Part shown: positions 1 to 10,104 of the stretch, in pieces
Numbering within the stretch: position 1 is the stretch's first letter
Layout: every line of letters begins with the position of its first letter
Assembly: GCA_963836205.1 (NCBI GenBank)
Contig: CAWIIV010000013.1
Coordinates: forward strand, 16,087-80,086
Length of the DNA stretch: 64,000 nt
Source of the DNA: an uncultured Acidimicrobiia bacterium
GTDB lineage: Bacteria; Actinomycetota; Acidimicrobiia; Acidimicrobiales; AC-14
Reading direction: 5' to 3'
Notes under the pieces: model-generated
The model's input: the letters and a program-made list of their open reading frames with translations, nothing else
Told to the model about the DNA's origin: nothing
Databases searched by the model: none
Position numbers and translations under genes: made by a program

Positions 1-703
1 GCCGTTCGACAACGTCGCCCTGCGCAAGGCGGTGGCGGCCGCGGTCGACCGCCAGGCCGTCGCCAACGAGGTCCTCAAGGGCACGGGCGTTCCCCTGATG
101 TCGATGATCCCTCCCACCTTCAGCACCGCCTACGAGCCCAAGTGGGGCGAGCTCTACGGGGCGCCCGACAAGGCCAAGGTCGACCAGTACCTCACCGCCG
201 CGGGCGTGGCCGAGGGCGCGAAGGTCGACCTCGACTTCTGGTTCAGCCCCACCCACTACGGCGACACCGAAGCGGCGGTGGCCCAGGTGATCGCCCGCAG
301 CCTGGAGGAGACCGGCCGCTTCACGGTGAAGATCTCCAACGTCGAGTGGGCCGAGTACGGCACGAAGCGGCGGAACGGGGAGATGCCGCTGTTCCTCATG
401 GGCTGGTACCCCGACTACCTCGACGTCGACGACTACCTGGAGCCCTTCGCCGACATCAACGTGTTCGACCCGGCCAAGTGGGAGGACCCGCAGATGCTCG
501 ACCTGGTCCACGCCCAGCAGCGGGAGCTGAACTCGGCGGCCAGGACGGCCATCATCAAGCAGGCCCAGACGTACATGGCCGACCAGACGCCCTACGTGCC
601 CATCTTCCAGATCTCGCAGTTCGCGGCGAGCGTCGACGGGGTCTCGGGCGTCGTGCTCGACCCCATCCAGCTGCTGCGGTTCTTCCTGATCGAGAAAGCC
701 TGA
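1..703 (+). CDS. Peptide/nickel ABC transporter substrate-binding protein (5' truncated by window)
   Basis: SBP family 5 C-terminus (PFDNVALRKAVAAAVDR; GWYPDY); upstream of dppB/C-type permeases. Confidence 0.9.
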   Translation, partial: PFDNVALRKAVAAAVDRQAVANEVLKGTGVPLMSMIPPTFSTAYEPKWGELYGAPDKAKVDQYLTAAGVAEGAKVDLDFWFSPTHYGDTEAAVAQVIARSLEETGRFTVKISNVEWAEYGTKRRNGEMPLFLMGWYPDYLDVDDYLEPFADINVFDPAKWEDPQMLDLVHAQQRELNSAARTAIIKQAQTYMADQTPYVPIFQISQFAASVDGVSGVVLDPIQLLRFFLIEKA

Positions 704-728
704 CGAGGAACTCCTGAACAACTGACGG

Positions 729-1757
729 GTGGCTTCGTCCGGAGGGGGCTCGCTCCGGGCCTACGTGTTGGCGCGGCTGCTGCTGGCCGTCCCCATGCTG
801 TTCATCCTGCTGACGGTCACCTTCGTGCTCCTGCGGGTGGCCCCCGGCGACCCGGTGACGGCCACCCTCGGGGGACGGGTGTCGGATGCCAGGGCTGACC
901 AGATCCGCCACGATCTCGGCCTCGACCGGCCCCTGTGGCAGCAGTACACGTCGTACCTGGGGGACGTGGCCCAGGGCGACTTCGGCCGGGCCATCACCAC
1001 CAACCGCCCCCTGCGCACCACCATCGCCGACCGCTTCCCAGCCACCCTGGAGCTGACACTGGCGGCCATGGTGGTGGCCATCGGCGTCGGCGTGACGGTG
1101 GGGGCGGTGGCGGCCCGCTTCCGCGACACCCCCCTCGACGTGGGCGGGCGGCTCGTCGGCATCCTCCTCTACGCCGCGCCCATCTTCTGGCTGGGGATCA
1201 TGCTCCAGCTGCTGTTCTCCATCCAGCTCCACTGGCTGCCCACGGGGGGACGGATCGCGCCCTTCCACGAGCCCCGGTCGATCACCCGGCTCTATCTCGT
1301 CGACGGGTTGCTGACGGGGGACTGGGCCGCCCTGGGCAGCGCCTTCCGCTACCTGATCCTGCCCGCGGTGACCCTGGGGGTGGTGATCGGGGGGATCTTC
1401 ATCCGCCTGGTGCGGGTCAACATGCTCCAGACGCTCAAGGCGGACTACGTGGAGGCGGCCCGGGCCCGGGGCATCGGCGAGCGGCGGGTGCTCTTCAACC
1501 ACGCCTTCCGCAACGCGCTGGTGCCGGTGGTGACGATCGTGGGCCTCCAGTTCGCCTTGCTGCTGGGCGGGGCCGTACTCACCGAGGCCACCTTCACCTG
1601 GCCAGGGATCGGCCTTTCGCTTTACCAGTTCCTCCAGAACCGGGACTACACCGCGGTGCAGGGGCTGGTGACGTTCTACGCCCTGTTCGTGGTCGGGGTC
1701 AGCCTGCTCATCGACATCGTCTCGGCGTGGGTCGATCCCCGGATCCGATTCCAGTGA
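729..1757 (+). CDS. Peptide ABC transporter permease (DppB/OppB type)
   Basis: PGDP motif, LGLDRPLWQQY, EAA motif (DYVEAARARG), HAFRNAL. Confidence 0.92.
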   Translation: MASSGGGSLRAYVLARLLLAVPMLFILLTVTFVLLRVAPGDPVTATLGGRVSDARADQIRHDLGLDRPLWQQYTSYLGDVAQGDFGRAITTNRPLRTTIADRFPATLELTLAAMVVAIGVGVTVGAVAARFRDTPLDVGGRLVGILLYAAPIFWLGIMLQLLFSIQLHWLPTGGRIAPFHEPRSITRLYLVDGLLTGDWAALGSAFRYLILPAVTLGVVIGGIFIRLVRVNMLQTLKADYVEAARARGIGERRVLFNHAFRNALVPVVTIVGLQFALLLGGAVLTEATFTWPGIGLSLYQFLQNRDYTAVQGLVTFYALFVVGVSLLIDIVSAWVDPRIRFQ

Positions 1758-4181
1758 TCGGGCGTGGGGGTCGGCGGGCCGAGCGGATGCGGAGATTGTG
1801 GCGGACGACGCACCCCACCGCCCGCCGGCTGTTGGTGGCCGGTGGCGTGATCACCGGCCTGTTCCTGCTCATGGCCGTGTTCGCGCCCCTGGTGGCTCCG
1901 TACGGCGAGGCCGAGTACCAGGGGGTGCCGCAGCTGGGCCGGCCCAGCGCCGATCACTGGTTCGGCACGACCAACCTCCGCTACGACGTGTTCTCCCGGG
2001 TCGTGTTCGGCACCCGCCTGGCGTTCCAGGTGGTCATCCTGTCGACTGCGGTGGCGATGGTGATCGGGGTGCCCCTGGGCCTGGCCGCGGGGTACACCGG
2101 ACGGTGGCTCGACCGCGTGCTCGTGCTGCTCATGGACGCCATGTACGCCTTCCCCAGCCTGCTGTTGGCCATCGTGGCCGCATTCGCCCTCGCCCGCTAC
2201 GTCGGCCAGGGGGTGCCGGCGGCGGCCATCTCCATCTCCGTGATCTACGTCCCCCAGTACTTCCGGGTGGTGCGCAACCACACGCTGGCGGTGCGGGAGG
2301 AGGCGTTCGTGGAGGCGGCCCGAGCCATGGGCGCGCCCCGGCGGACGGTGGTCGGGCGGTACGTGCTGTTCAACGTGGTCCAGTCGGTGCCGGTGATCTT
2401 CACCGTCAACGCGGCCGACGCCATCCTCACCCTGGCCGCGCTGGGGTTCCTCGGCTACGGGGTGCCGATCCCGGCCGCCGAGTGGGGCTACGACATCTCC
2501 CGGGCCATCGGCGACGTGGCCAACGGCTTCTGGTGGACGTCGCTGTTCCCGGGGCTGTTCATCCTGGCCCTGGTCACGGGCCTCACTCTGCTGGGGGAGG
2601 GGATCAACGACGTCGTCAACCCCCTGCTCCGCCGGCGGGGGGTCGGCGTCGGGGCGGTGGCGCCGGGAGCGGTCGTGGTGGAGCGGGCCTCCACGGTGGC
2701 GACGCCTTCGGTGGACGCCGAGCGCGTCGACGGCGGTGTGGCCGACGCGCTGCCGGCCGCGGCCGTCGTCCTGGAGCCGCCGCCGGCGGAGATGGAGCCG
2801 GACACCGGGCCGGTCGCTGCGGTGCCGCCACCACCACCGCCGCCGGACCGGGCGGCGCGGGAGGACGTACCGGTCGCGGCCTCGAACCCGACGGAGAAGG
2901 TGGTGCCGGAGGAAGATGTACCGGTCGCCGCCTCGGCCCCGCCGGAGCGGGCGCTGCCGAAGGAGGACGTACCGGTACCGGTCGATCCCTCGGCCCCGCC
3001 GGAGCGGGTATCGGCGGAGGACGAACCAGTAGCGGCCTCGGCCCCGCCGGAGCGGTCGACGTCAGCGGACGTACCGGTCGCCGCCTCGGCCCCGCCGGCG
3101 GCCGCCGGGCGAGTCACGGCCGCGGTCCCGCCGCCGGCGGCCGACGTGGCCCTGTCGGTGCGCGACCTGCGGGTGACGTACGCCTCGTCCCGGGGCCCGG
3201 TGGTGGCGGTAGACGGCGTCAGCCTGGACGTGAGGCGGGGTGAGAGCATCGGGCTGGTCGGGGAGAGCGGGTGCGGCAAGTCGACCCTCGGCCGGGGGAT
3301 CCTGGGCATCCTCCCCGGGGGAGCGACCGCCAGCGGCCGGGTGGTCGTCGGCGGGGTGGAGCTGTCGGCGCTGGGTCCGGGGGAGCGCCGCCGGGCCCGG
3401 GGGGAGAAGGTGGCCCTCATCTTCCAGGAGCCGATGACCCGACTCGACCCCCTCCAGCGCATCGAGGACGCCTTCGTGGAGACGATCCGGGCCCACCGGC
3501 CGGAGGTGTCGCGACGGGAGGCGTCCGCCATGGCCGCCACCGCCCTGGCCGCCATGCGCATCCCGCCCACCCGGGCCCGTCACTACCCGCACGAGTTCTC
3601 GGGCGGCATGCGCCAGCGGATCATGATCGCCCTCGGACTGGTGCTCGGCCCGGCCGTGCTGGTGGCCGACGAGCCCACCACCAGCCTCGACGTCATCGTC
3701 GAGGCCCAGATCCTCGAGATCCTCGACGACCTCCGCCGAGGGTCGGAGATGGCCCTCGTCCTCATCACCCACAACCTCGGGATCGTGGCCCAGACATGCG
3801 ACCGGCTGGCCGTGATGTACGCCGGCCACATCGTGGAGCAGGGCGCGGTCGGTGCCGTCTTCTCGACGCCCCGCCACCCCTACACCCGGGGCCTGCTGGC
3901 CAGCGTGATCAGCCTCGACACCGAGCGCCTGTCGTCGATCCCCGGCTCGCCGCCCGACCTCCTCGACCCGCCCCCCGGGATGCCGGTTCGCGCCTCGGTG
4001 CCCGTTCGCCATGGGCGTGTGCCAGGAGCAGGTGCCGGCCCTGGCCCCGATGGACGACGGCTCCCAGGTCGCCTGCCACCTGTACCCGGGCGCCGACACC
4101 CGCCATCCCGGACGCCGGTGGGTGCCGGCCGGCCGGCGGGAAGGCCTCGCCGACGCCCCGCTCGAAGCGAGCCTGGAGTGA
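1754..4181 (+). CDS. Fused DppC-type permease + DppD-type ATPase, one frameshift near 3975
   Basis: GTG overlaps the dppB stop; permease motifs HWFGT and EAARAMG; Pro/Ala linker; Walker A GESGCGKS and FSGGMRQR. The C-terminal CRFAPRC...VACHL continues in the +1 frame after the C run at 3971-3976, to TGA 4179-4181. Confidence 0.8.
2861..3097 (+). repeat. Five imperfect ~50-nt coding tandem repeats (EDVPVAASAPPER-like)
   Basis: Recurring gaggacgtaccggtcgccgcctcggccccgccggagcgg-like units in the DppC-DppD linker. Confidence 0.8.
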
Positions 4182-5479
4182 CGGCCGACGACGGCGCCGC
4201 ACCGGGGCCGGGGCCGGTGTTGCGACTGCGGGGGGTTTCCACCTGGTTCCCGGTGCGGGGCGGGTTCCTCGGGTCGCTCCTCGGGCGGGCGTCGGCGTGG
4301 GTGCGGGCCGTCGACGGCGTCGACCTGGAGGTCCACGAGGGGGAGATCTTCGGGCTGGTGGGGGAGAGCGGCAGCGGCAAGACCACGCTCGGGCGCACCA
4401 TGCTCCGGCTGGTCGAACCGGCGACAGGAACGGTGGAGTTCGAGGGCCGCGACATCTCCCACCTGGCCGAATCCGACCTGCGACCGCTCCGCCGGCGCAT
4501 GCAGCCCGTCTTCCAGGACCCCCACGCCGCCCTCAACCCGGCCATGACCGTTGGTGACGCGGTGGCGCATCCTCTGCGGGTGCACGGCCTGGCGACCGAC
4601 CGGGCCGACGCCCGTCGCCAGGCGGCGGAGATGCTCGAACGGGTGGGGATCTCGCCCCCGGGGGCCTTCCTCGACCGCTACCCGGAGGACCTCTCGGGCG
4701 GCCAGAAGCAGCGGGTGGTGATCGCACGGGCCCTGATCACCCGGCCGCGACTGGTGGTCGCCGACGAGCCGGTGGCCATGCTCGACATGAGCGTGCGGGC
4801 CAAGATCCTCGAGCTCCTGCTCGACCTCAAGCGCGAGTTCGGCCTCACCTACGTCTTCATCACCCACGACCTGGCCACGGCCAAGTTCGTGTGCGACCGC
4901 ATCGCCATCCTCTACCTGGGCCAGGTGGTCGAGACGGGTCCGGCCGCGTCCGTGTACGCCGCGCCCCAGCACCCCTACACCCGGGCGCTGCTGGAGGCGG
5001 TCCCGTCCCCCGACCCCGAGCGCCGAAACCCCCACCGCCGGCTGCCGTCGGGCGAGGTGCCCGACGCGGTCGACCCGCCGGGCGGGTGTCGCTTCCATCC
5101 CCGATGCCCCGACGGCTTCGGCCCGTGCGGGTGGGAAGGCCGCGACCTCCTGTCCGCCCTGGAGGAGCGGTGGACCGACCCCGCCCTGTTCGAGGCCGAG
5201 TCGGGCCTGGTGGGCCCCCTGGCCGCGGTCGACGTGTCCGGCCCCACCGTCGTCTTCCCCCGGGGTGGCGAGCCGTTGGCCGACCTCCTCCGCCGACTCG
5301 ACGACGAGCGCGCCCACCGGGTGTTCTCCGCGGTGACAGCCGTCGAGACCGACGGGACCCGGGTCGAGGTGCGCCTGGAACCGGGCGTGGAACCCGCGTT
5401 GCAGCCGGTCGCGGGCCGGTGGGTGGCATGCCACCTCCACGGCGTCGTGGCCCGAAAGCCTCCGGCCGCCGACCGGTAG
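4178..5479 (+). CDS. Peptide ABC transporter ATPase (DppF/OppF type)
   Basis: GTGA overlap; GESGSGKT, LSGGQKQR, HPYT, CRFHPRC...VACHL. Confidence 0.9.
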   Translation: MTADDGAAPGPGPVLRLRGVSTWFPVRGGFLGSLLGRASAWVRAVDGVDLEVHEGEIFGLVGESGSGKTTLGRTMLRLVEPATGTVEFEGRDISHLAESDLRPLRRRMQPVFQDPHAALNPAMTVGDAVAHPLRVHGLATDRADARRQAAEMLERVGISPPGAFLDRYPEDLSGGQKQRVVIARALITRPRLVVADEPVAMLDMSVRAKILELLLDLKREFGLTYVFITHDLATAKFVCDRIAILYLGQVVETGPAASVYAAPQHPYTRALLEAVPSPDPERRNPHRRLPSGEVPDAVDPPGGCRFHPRCPDGFGPCGWEGRDLLSALEERWTDPALFEAESGLVGPLAAVDVSGPTVVFPRGGEPLADLLRRLDDERAHRVFSAVTAVETDGTRVEVRLEPGVEPALQPVAGRWVACHLHGVVARKPPAADR

Positions 5480-5591
5480 CGACGGCGCGGAAGTACGGTC
5501 GCGACATTCACGAGGGTGGGCGTTTCGGTTGCGGCCGGCCAGGTACATATCGGCCGGAGGAACGAGGGGGTAGGGGGCCATCGCCGTCGTA

Positions 5592-7343
5592 CTGCTGGAC
5601 GAGCTGCGCAAGCTCCAGGCGATCATCGCCGCGCTGTCGGCCGCGCCGTCGGAGGACGCCATCGCCGACGTCGCCGTCGACCGCCTGCTGGAGGCGGTCG
5701 GTGCCGATGCCGGCGTGCTGGCCCTGCGCGACGACGACAGCCTGATCGTCCGGCGCGCCATCGGCTACCGGGAAATCGCGGCCGCCTGGACCCGCATCCC
5801 GCTCGACGCCGACCTGCCCCTGAGCGACGCCGCCCGCCGGGGCGAGCCCGTGTTCCTGTCCACCGGCGCGGCCCGGCTCCGGGCCTACCCCATGTCGGCG
5901 TCCATCCCCGTGCTGTACGAGGGCCTCGTCGCCCTCCCCCTCCTCGTCGGCGACCGGTGCCTCGGTGTCCTCGGCCTGAGCTTCGCCGAGTCCCGCCGGT
6001 TCGATCCCGACGAGCAGGCCCTCCTGGTCACCATCGCCCAGCTGTGCGCCCTCACCATCGACCGCTTCGAGCGGGGCGCCCGGCTCAGCCGGCTCCAGGA
6101 GCTCACCGGCCACCTGTCCCGGGCCTTCACCGTCGAGGAGGTGGTGCGGGTGATCCGGGACGAGCCCATCCCCGAGCGGTCGGTGCTCGGCCGGGGGCTG
6201 TGGCTGCTCGACGACGAGAGCGGTGGGCTGCGCCAGGCCTTTCCCGTGTCAGCCGGCGGCGAGCCCGTGGTCATCCCCCTCGACGCCGACCTCCCGGCGG
6301 CGGAGGCGGCCCGCACCGGCGAGGTGGTGTGGGCGAGCGGCCTGCGAGGAGCGCCGGCCGAGGACCAGTTCCCGTCCCTCGCGGCCACCGGCTTCGGGAG
6401 CGCAGCCGCCATCCCCCTGGCCGCCGAGGACCGCGTGGTCGGGGTCCTCACGGTCGGCTTCGAGCACGACCTTCCGGTCGACGAGGGCGAGCGGCGATTT
6501 CTCGTCGCCCTGGCCGAGCAGGCGGCGGTGGCGCTGGAGCGGGCCCGCCTCTACGACAGCGAGCGCCAGTCGCGGCGCCAGGCGGAGCTCGATCGCCAGC
6601 GCTCGCTCGAACTGGCCCGGGCCCTGCAGACGAGCCTGCTCCCGCCCCGCCTGCCCGACGTCCCCGGCCTCGACCTGGGCGCCCGCTACCACCCCGCCCT
6701 GGCCGGCCTGGAGGTGGGCGGCGACTTCTACGACGTGTTCGACACCGGAGGCGACTGGGCCGTCGTGATCGGCGACGTGTGCGGCAAGGGCCCGGAGGCG
6801 GCCGCCCTCACTGCCCTCGCCCGCTACACCATCCGGTCGGTGGCCATGGACCTGCGCCACCCGGCCCAGGTGCTGCGCAAGCTCAACGACACCCTTCTCC
6901 ACCACCAGCTCGACGAGCGGTTCTGCACCGTTGCCTACGGACGGGTGGTCCCCAGCGTCGGTGGGGTGCGCGTGTCGGTGTGCCGGGCCGGCCACCCGCC
7001 CCCGATCGTGGTGCGGGCGAACGGCGACCTGGAGGCCATCGGTCCCGACGGCGGGCTGGTCGGCCTGTTCGCCGAGATCCGCCTGTGGGACGAGACGGTG
7101 CAGCTCACGCCGGGCGACAGCCTCGTCTTCTACACCGACGGGGTCACCGAGGCCGCCCGTGGCCAGGAGCAGTTCGGCGACCGGCGACTCGACGAGGTTT
7201 TGCGGGGCTGCGCCGGCCTCACCGCGGCCGAGGTGGCCGAGAACGTGGAGGCGGCGGTGATCGACTTCGGCGGCCCCCAGCCCCGCGACGACCTGGCCGT
7301 GCTCGTCCTCCATGTCCCCACCGCGGCCGACGCCGCCCGCTGA
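5592..7343 (+). CDS. GAF-GAF SpoIIE/RsbU-type PP2C phosphatase (start uncertain, 5592-5715)
   Basis: Two GAF-like segments; PP2C motifs VGGDFYD, IGDVCGKG, AGHPPP, YTDGVTEA, DDLA. Confidence 0.88.
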   Translation: MLDELRKLQAIIAALSAAPSEDAIADVAVDRLLEAVGADAGVLALRDDDSLIVRRAIGYREIAAAWTRIPLDADLPLSDAARRGEPVFLSTGAARLRAYPMSASIPVLYEGLVALPLLVGDRCLGVLGLSFAESRRFDPDEQALLVTIAQLCALTIDRFERGARLSRLQELTGHLSRAFTVEEVVRVIRDEPIPERSVLGRGLWLLDDESGGLRQAFPVSAGGEPVVIPLDADLPAAEAARTGEVVWASGLRGAPAEDQFPSLAATGFGSAAAIPLAAEDRVVGVLTVGFEHDLPVDEGERRFLVALAEQAAVALERARLYDSERQSRRQAELDRQRSLELARALQTSLLPPRLPDVPGLDLGARYHPALAGLEVGGDFYDVFDTGGDWAVVIGDVCGKGPEAAALTALARYTIRSVAMDLRHPAQVLRKLNDTLLHHQLDERFCTVAYGRVVPSVGGVRVSVCRAGHPPPIVVRANGDLEAIGPDGGLVGLFAEIRLWDETVQLTPGDSLVFYTDGVTEAARGQEQFGDRRLDEVLRGCAGLTAAEVAENVEAAVIDFGGPQPRDDLAVLVLHVPTAADAAR

Positions 7344-7376
7344 GCGCCCGCCCGACCCGCCGAGGCCGCCGAGCGG

Positions 7377-8771
7377 TCAGCCGGGCTCGATGTCGTCGGA
7401 GAACGTCTCGCCCACAACGAAGCCGTCGCCGGTGATGCGGTACTCCCGGATCTCGGGCTCGTGGAGGCTGGCCCGGGTCTTGAGGACGGTGAGCGCCCGC
7501 TTCACCCGGGACCGGCTGCGGAGGAACTGGAGCAGGATCACGTTGTCGGACATGTTGGAGATCCCCGATTCCGACAACCGCGAGAGGTGGAACAGGTCGG
7601 GCACCTCCATCGTCATCAGCACGCTGATCCCCCTCCGTGAGCAGCGCTGGATGAGCGAGTAGATGTACTCCCGCAGCCGGATCTGGTCGGGGGAGGCGAA
7701 GGCGAGGTCGCCCAGGCTGTCGATGACCAGGCGGGTGACGTTCTGGGCCTCGATCGCCTCCAGCACGGAGTACACCCACTCGTCGATGTAGAGGTCGACC
7801 GTCGACCGGTAGAGCACCGAGACGTCGGGATGTTCGAGCGACCAGCCGAAGCCGCGGGCGGTGCGCTGGAGCTGGCTCGGGTTCTCCTGGAGGTTGGCGA
7901 TGAGGCCCCGCTCGCCCCGGGCCGCGCCCCCGAAGATGAAGCTCAGGCTCATGACCGTCTTGCCCGACCCCGACGGCCCCGCCACCAGGGTGCAGGCCCC
8001 CGGCCAGTACCCGTCGCCCAGCATGGCGTCGAGGGCGGGGATGCCGGAGGAGATGCGTTCGTCGGACAGGGCGTAGCCGGACGGGTCGGCGATGTCGGCC
8101 AGCCGGGGGAAGACGTCGACCCCCTTCTCCGACAACCGGTAGGCGTGCTGGCCGGACAGGAACCCGCTGCCCCGGAGCTTGAGCACCTGGAGCACCCGGT
8201 TCTCCCGCTCGTTGACCATGGTCGACGACAGCTGGATGATGGCGTCGGCGACGGCGAACTCGGGCTCCCGGGCGATGTCGTCGAGCCCGTACTCGCCCAC
8301 CCAGAACGACGACGCCCCCGACGCCGACAGCCGGGCCGCGAAGTCGTGCAGGAACCAGCGGAAGTCGCTCGGCTCCCGGGCGAAGGCGTGCAGGGCCTTG
8401 AAGCTGTCGATGACGATCATCGCCGGCCGGTGCTCGCCGATGAGGGCCTGGAGGCGGTCGACGAAGGCGGGCAGGCCTCGCTCGTCGAGGAGGCTGCCGA
8501 GGTCCTCGTAGAACACGGCCCGCCCGACCTTGTCGTCGTCGAAATAGGACAGGCTGCGGCCGTAGCGGAGGATCTTGTCGAGCGGCTCCGACACGGTGGA
8601 CACGTAGAGCGCCGGTGCCTCGGGCGAGGCGTTGGAGAAGACGAACTGCTGGGCCAGCAGGGTCTTTCCGGTACCCGGTGCGCCGGTGATCAGCGTGAGC
8701 GCGCCCGACGACAGGCCGCCCCCGAGGACCAGGTCCAGGCGGGGGTGCCCGCTCTTCAGCCGAGAGGTCAC
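7377..8771 (-). CDS. KaiC-like double-domain RecA-superfamily ATPase
   Basis: Two Walker A motifs (GAPGTGKT, GPSGSGKT), VLKLRGS and VLKTRAS, VFPRL linker. Confidence 0.88.
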   Translation of the reverse strand: MTSRLKSGHPRLDLVLGGGLSSGALTLITGAPGTGKTLLAQQFVFSNASPEAPALYVSTVSEPLDKILRYGRSLSYFDDDKVGRAVFYEDLGSLLDERGLPAFVDRLQALIGEHRPAMIVIDSFKALHAFAREPSDFRWFLHDFAARLSASGASSFWVGEYGLDDIAREPEFAVADAIIQLSSTMVNERENRVLQVLKLRGSGFLSGQHAYRLSEKGVDVFPRLADIADPSGYALSDERISSGIPALDAMLGDGYWPGACTLVAGPSGSGKTVMSLSFIFGGAARGERGLIANLQENPSQLQRTARGFGWSLEHPDVSVLYRSTVDLYIDEWVYSVLEAIEAQNVTRLVIDSLGDLAFASPDQIRLREYIYSLIQRCSRRGISVLMTMEVPDLFHLSRLSESGISNMSDNVILLQFLRSRSRVKRALTVLKTRASLHEPEIREYRITGDGFVVGETFSDDIEPG

Positions 8772-8842
8772 ACGCGTATCCGCTCCATACGGTGCCGGAA
8801 ATCTAGGCCAGCAGCGGCGGCCGCGCTTCTCTCGGCCCCCGG

Positions 8843-9550
8843 TTACGCCCGGCGGTGGGTGATGCGGGCGGCCACGTCGGCCACCGACGAGGTGACCTGG
8901 TAGCCGTCGCGGCGCAGCCATTCCCGGTTGCGGCGATGGACGTCGGTGCCTTCCCACCGGTTGAGGAGGACGAGGATGGGAGCGCAGCCGGTGAGGAGGA
9001 CCTCGACCGACAGCCGCACCGCGTTGATGGCGCCCAGGCCGGCGTCGGCCACCAACACCACCACGTCGGGGGACAGGAACGTGCACAGGTCGACGCTGTC
9101 GCCGTCGGCCGCGATCGGCGTCCGGGGCCCGCCGGCCGTGTCCACCAGCCCCACGGTGGTGCCCGCCGGCCAGGCCAGCTCCTCGACCAGGTCCTCCACG
9201 CTGAAGGCGGGCCGACCGAGGACGGCGGCGGCGATGGGCGGGGCCAGCGGCACCTCGTACCAGCGATGGCGGGGACACACGTCTTCCGGCTCCTCGCCGT
9301 CGGCTCCGGCCAGCACGTGGGCGTCGGTGGCGGCGGCGTCGGCCGTAGCCGGGTCGAACGACTGCACCGGCTTGCGGGCCACGGCCCGGCCGTCCTCACC
9401 GGCCAGCTCCCGCAGGAGGGCGGCCGTCGTCCACGTCTTGCCGACGCCGCTGGCGGTGCCCAGGACGACGGCCAGCCGCGGGGGGCGCCAGGTCACTGCG
9501 CGCGGCCTGGTGGCGACTGCGGCGGGCCGGGCGTCGGAGCCATCTCCCAT
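8843..9550 (-). CDS. bioD: Dethiobiotin synthase
   Basis: GTASGVGKT, KPVQS, DTAGG, GLGAIN motifs; start could be 9496. Confidence 0.82.
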   Translation of the reverse strand: MGDGSDARPAAVATRPRAVTWRPPRLAVVLGTASGVGKTWTTAALLRELAGEDGRAVARKPVQSFDPATADAAATDAHVLAGADGEEPEDVCPRHRWYEVPLAPPIAAAVLGRPAFSVEDLVEELAWPAGTTVGLVDTAGGPRTPIAADGDSVDLCTFLSPDVVVLVADAGLGAINAVRLSVEVLLTGCAPILVLLNRWEGTDVHRRNREWLRRDGYQVTSSVADVAARITHRRA

Positions 9551-9609
9551 GCTTGCATCTGGCCGCCTCGAACGCGGCGGCCTGCCCGTGCGATCGCTAC
9601 GATCGGGCC

Positions 9610-10050
9610 ATGTCCGATGGTGGGAGGACGGGTCGGCGGCTCGCGTGGACACTGGTGACGGTGGTGGTGCTGGGGCTGTTCGGCGCCTGCTCGGGCGAAA
9701 ACGACGAGGGGGCGGTGGCCACCACGACGCCCACCACGCCCACCACCACCTCCACCAGCCCGACGTCGGGCGTCGTGCCCAACCCATCCACGTGCGCCAA
9801 CCAGAACTTCACGCCCAACAGCGAGGACATCGCCGGCAACGTCGTCGCCACCGGACTCACCTGCGCCGAGGCGGAGGCGTTCGTGCGCAAGGTCGGCCCC
9901 CTCGTGGGCGCCACCGGCGGTCCTGCCAACATCTCGGTCGACGGCTTCGCGTGCGTCCGGACCAAGGAGGACGACGGCAGCTACGGCCTCCCGTCGTCCG
10001 ACTACGAGTGCACCAGTGGCACCAGGACGGTGACCTTCCACCGCACCTGA
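9610..10050 (+). CDS. Putative lipoprotein
   Basis: Lipobox LFGAC, Thr-rich linker, Cys-containing domain; TACGAT -10 box 6 nt before ATG. Confidence 0.7.
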   Translation: MSDGGRTGRRLAWTLVTVVVLGLFGACSGENDEGAVATTTPTTPTTTSTSPTSGVVPNPSTCANQNFTPNSEDIAGNVVATGLTCAEAEAFVRKVGPLVGATGGPANISVDGFACVRTKEDDGSYGLPSSDYECTSGTRTVTFHRT

Positions 10051-10104
10051 GAAGGCCCGGTTCGTCCCAGAACCACGGCCTCTCGGTATCATCGACGGGC
10101 AACC

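Noticed and set aside
935-5479. 1514-aa triple-fusion ORF
   Set aside because: The start overlaps dppB out of frame, and read-through into DppF results from the frameshift near 3975.
7377-8771. Circadian clock locus
   Set aside because: No kaiA or kaiB nearby; only KaiC-like.
10051-10104. CIRCE operator upstream of hrcA
   Set aside because: No TTAGCACTC-N9-GAGTGCTAA-like inverted repeat is visible.
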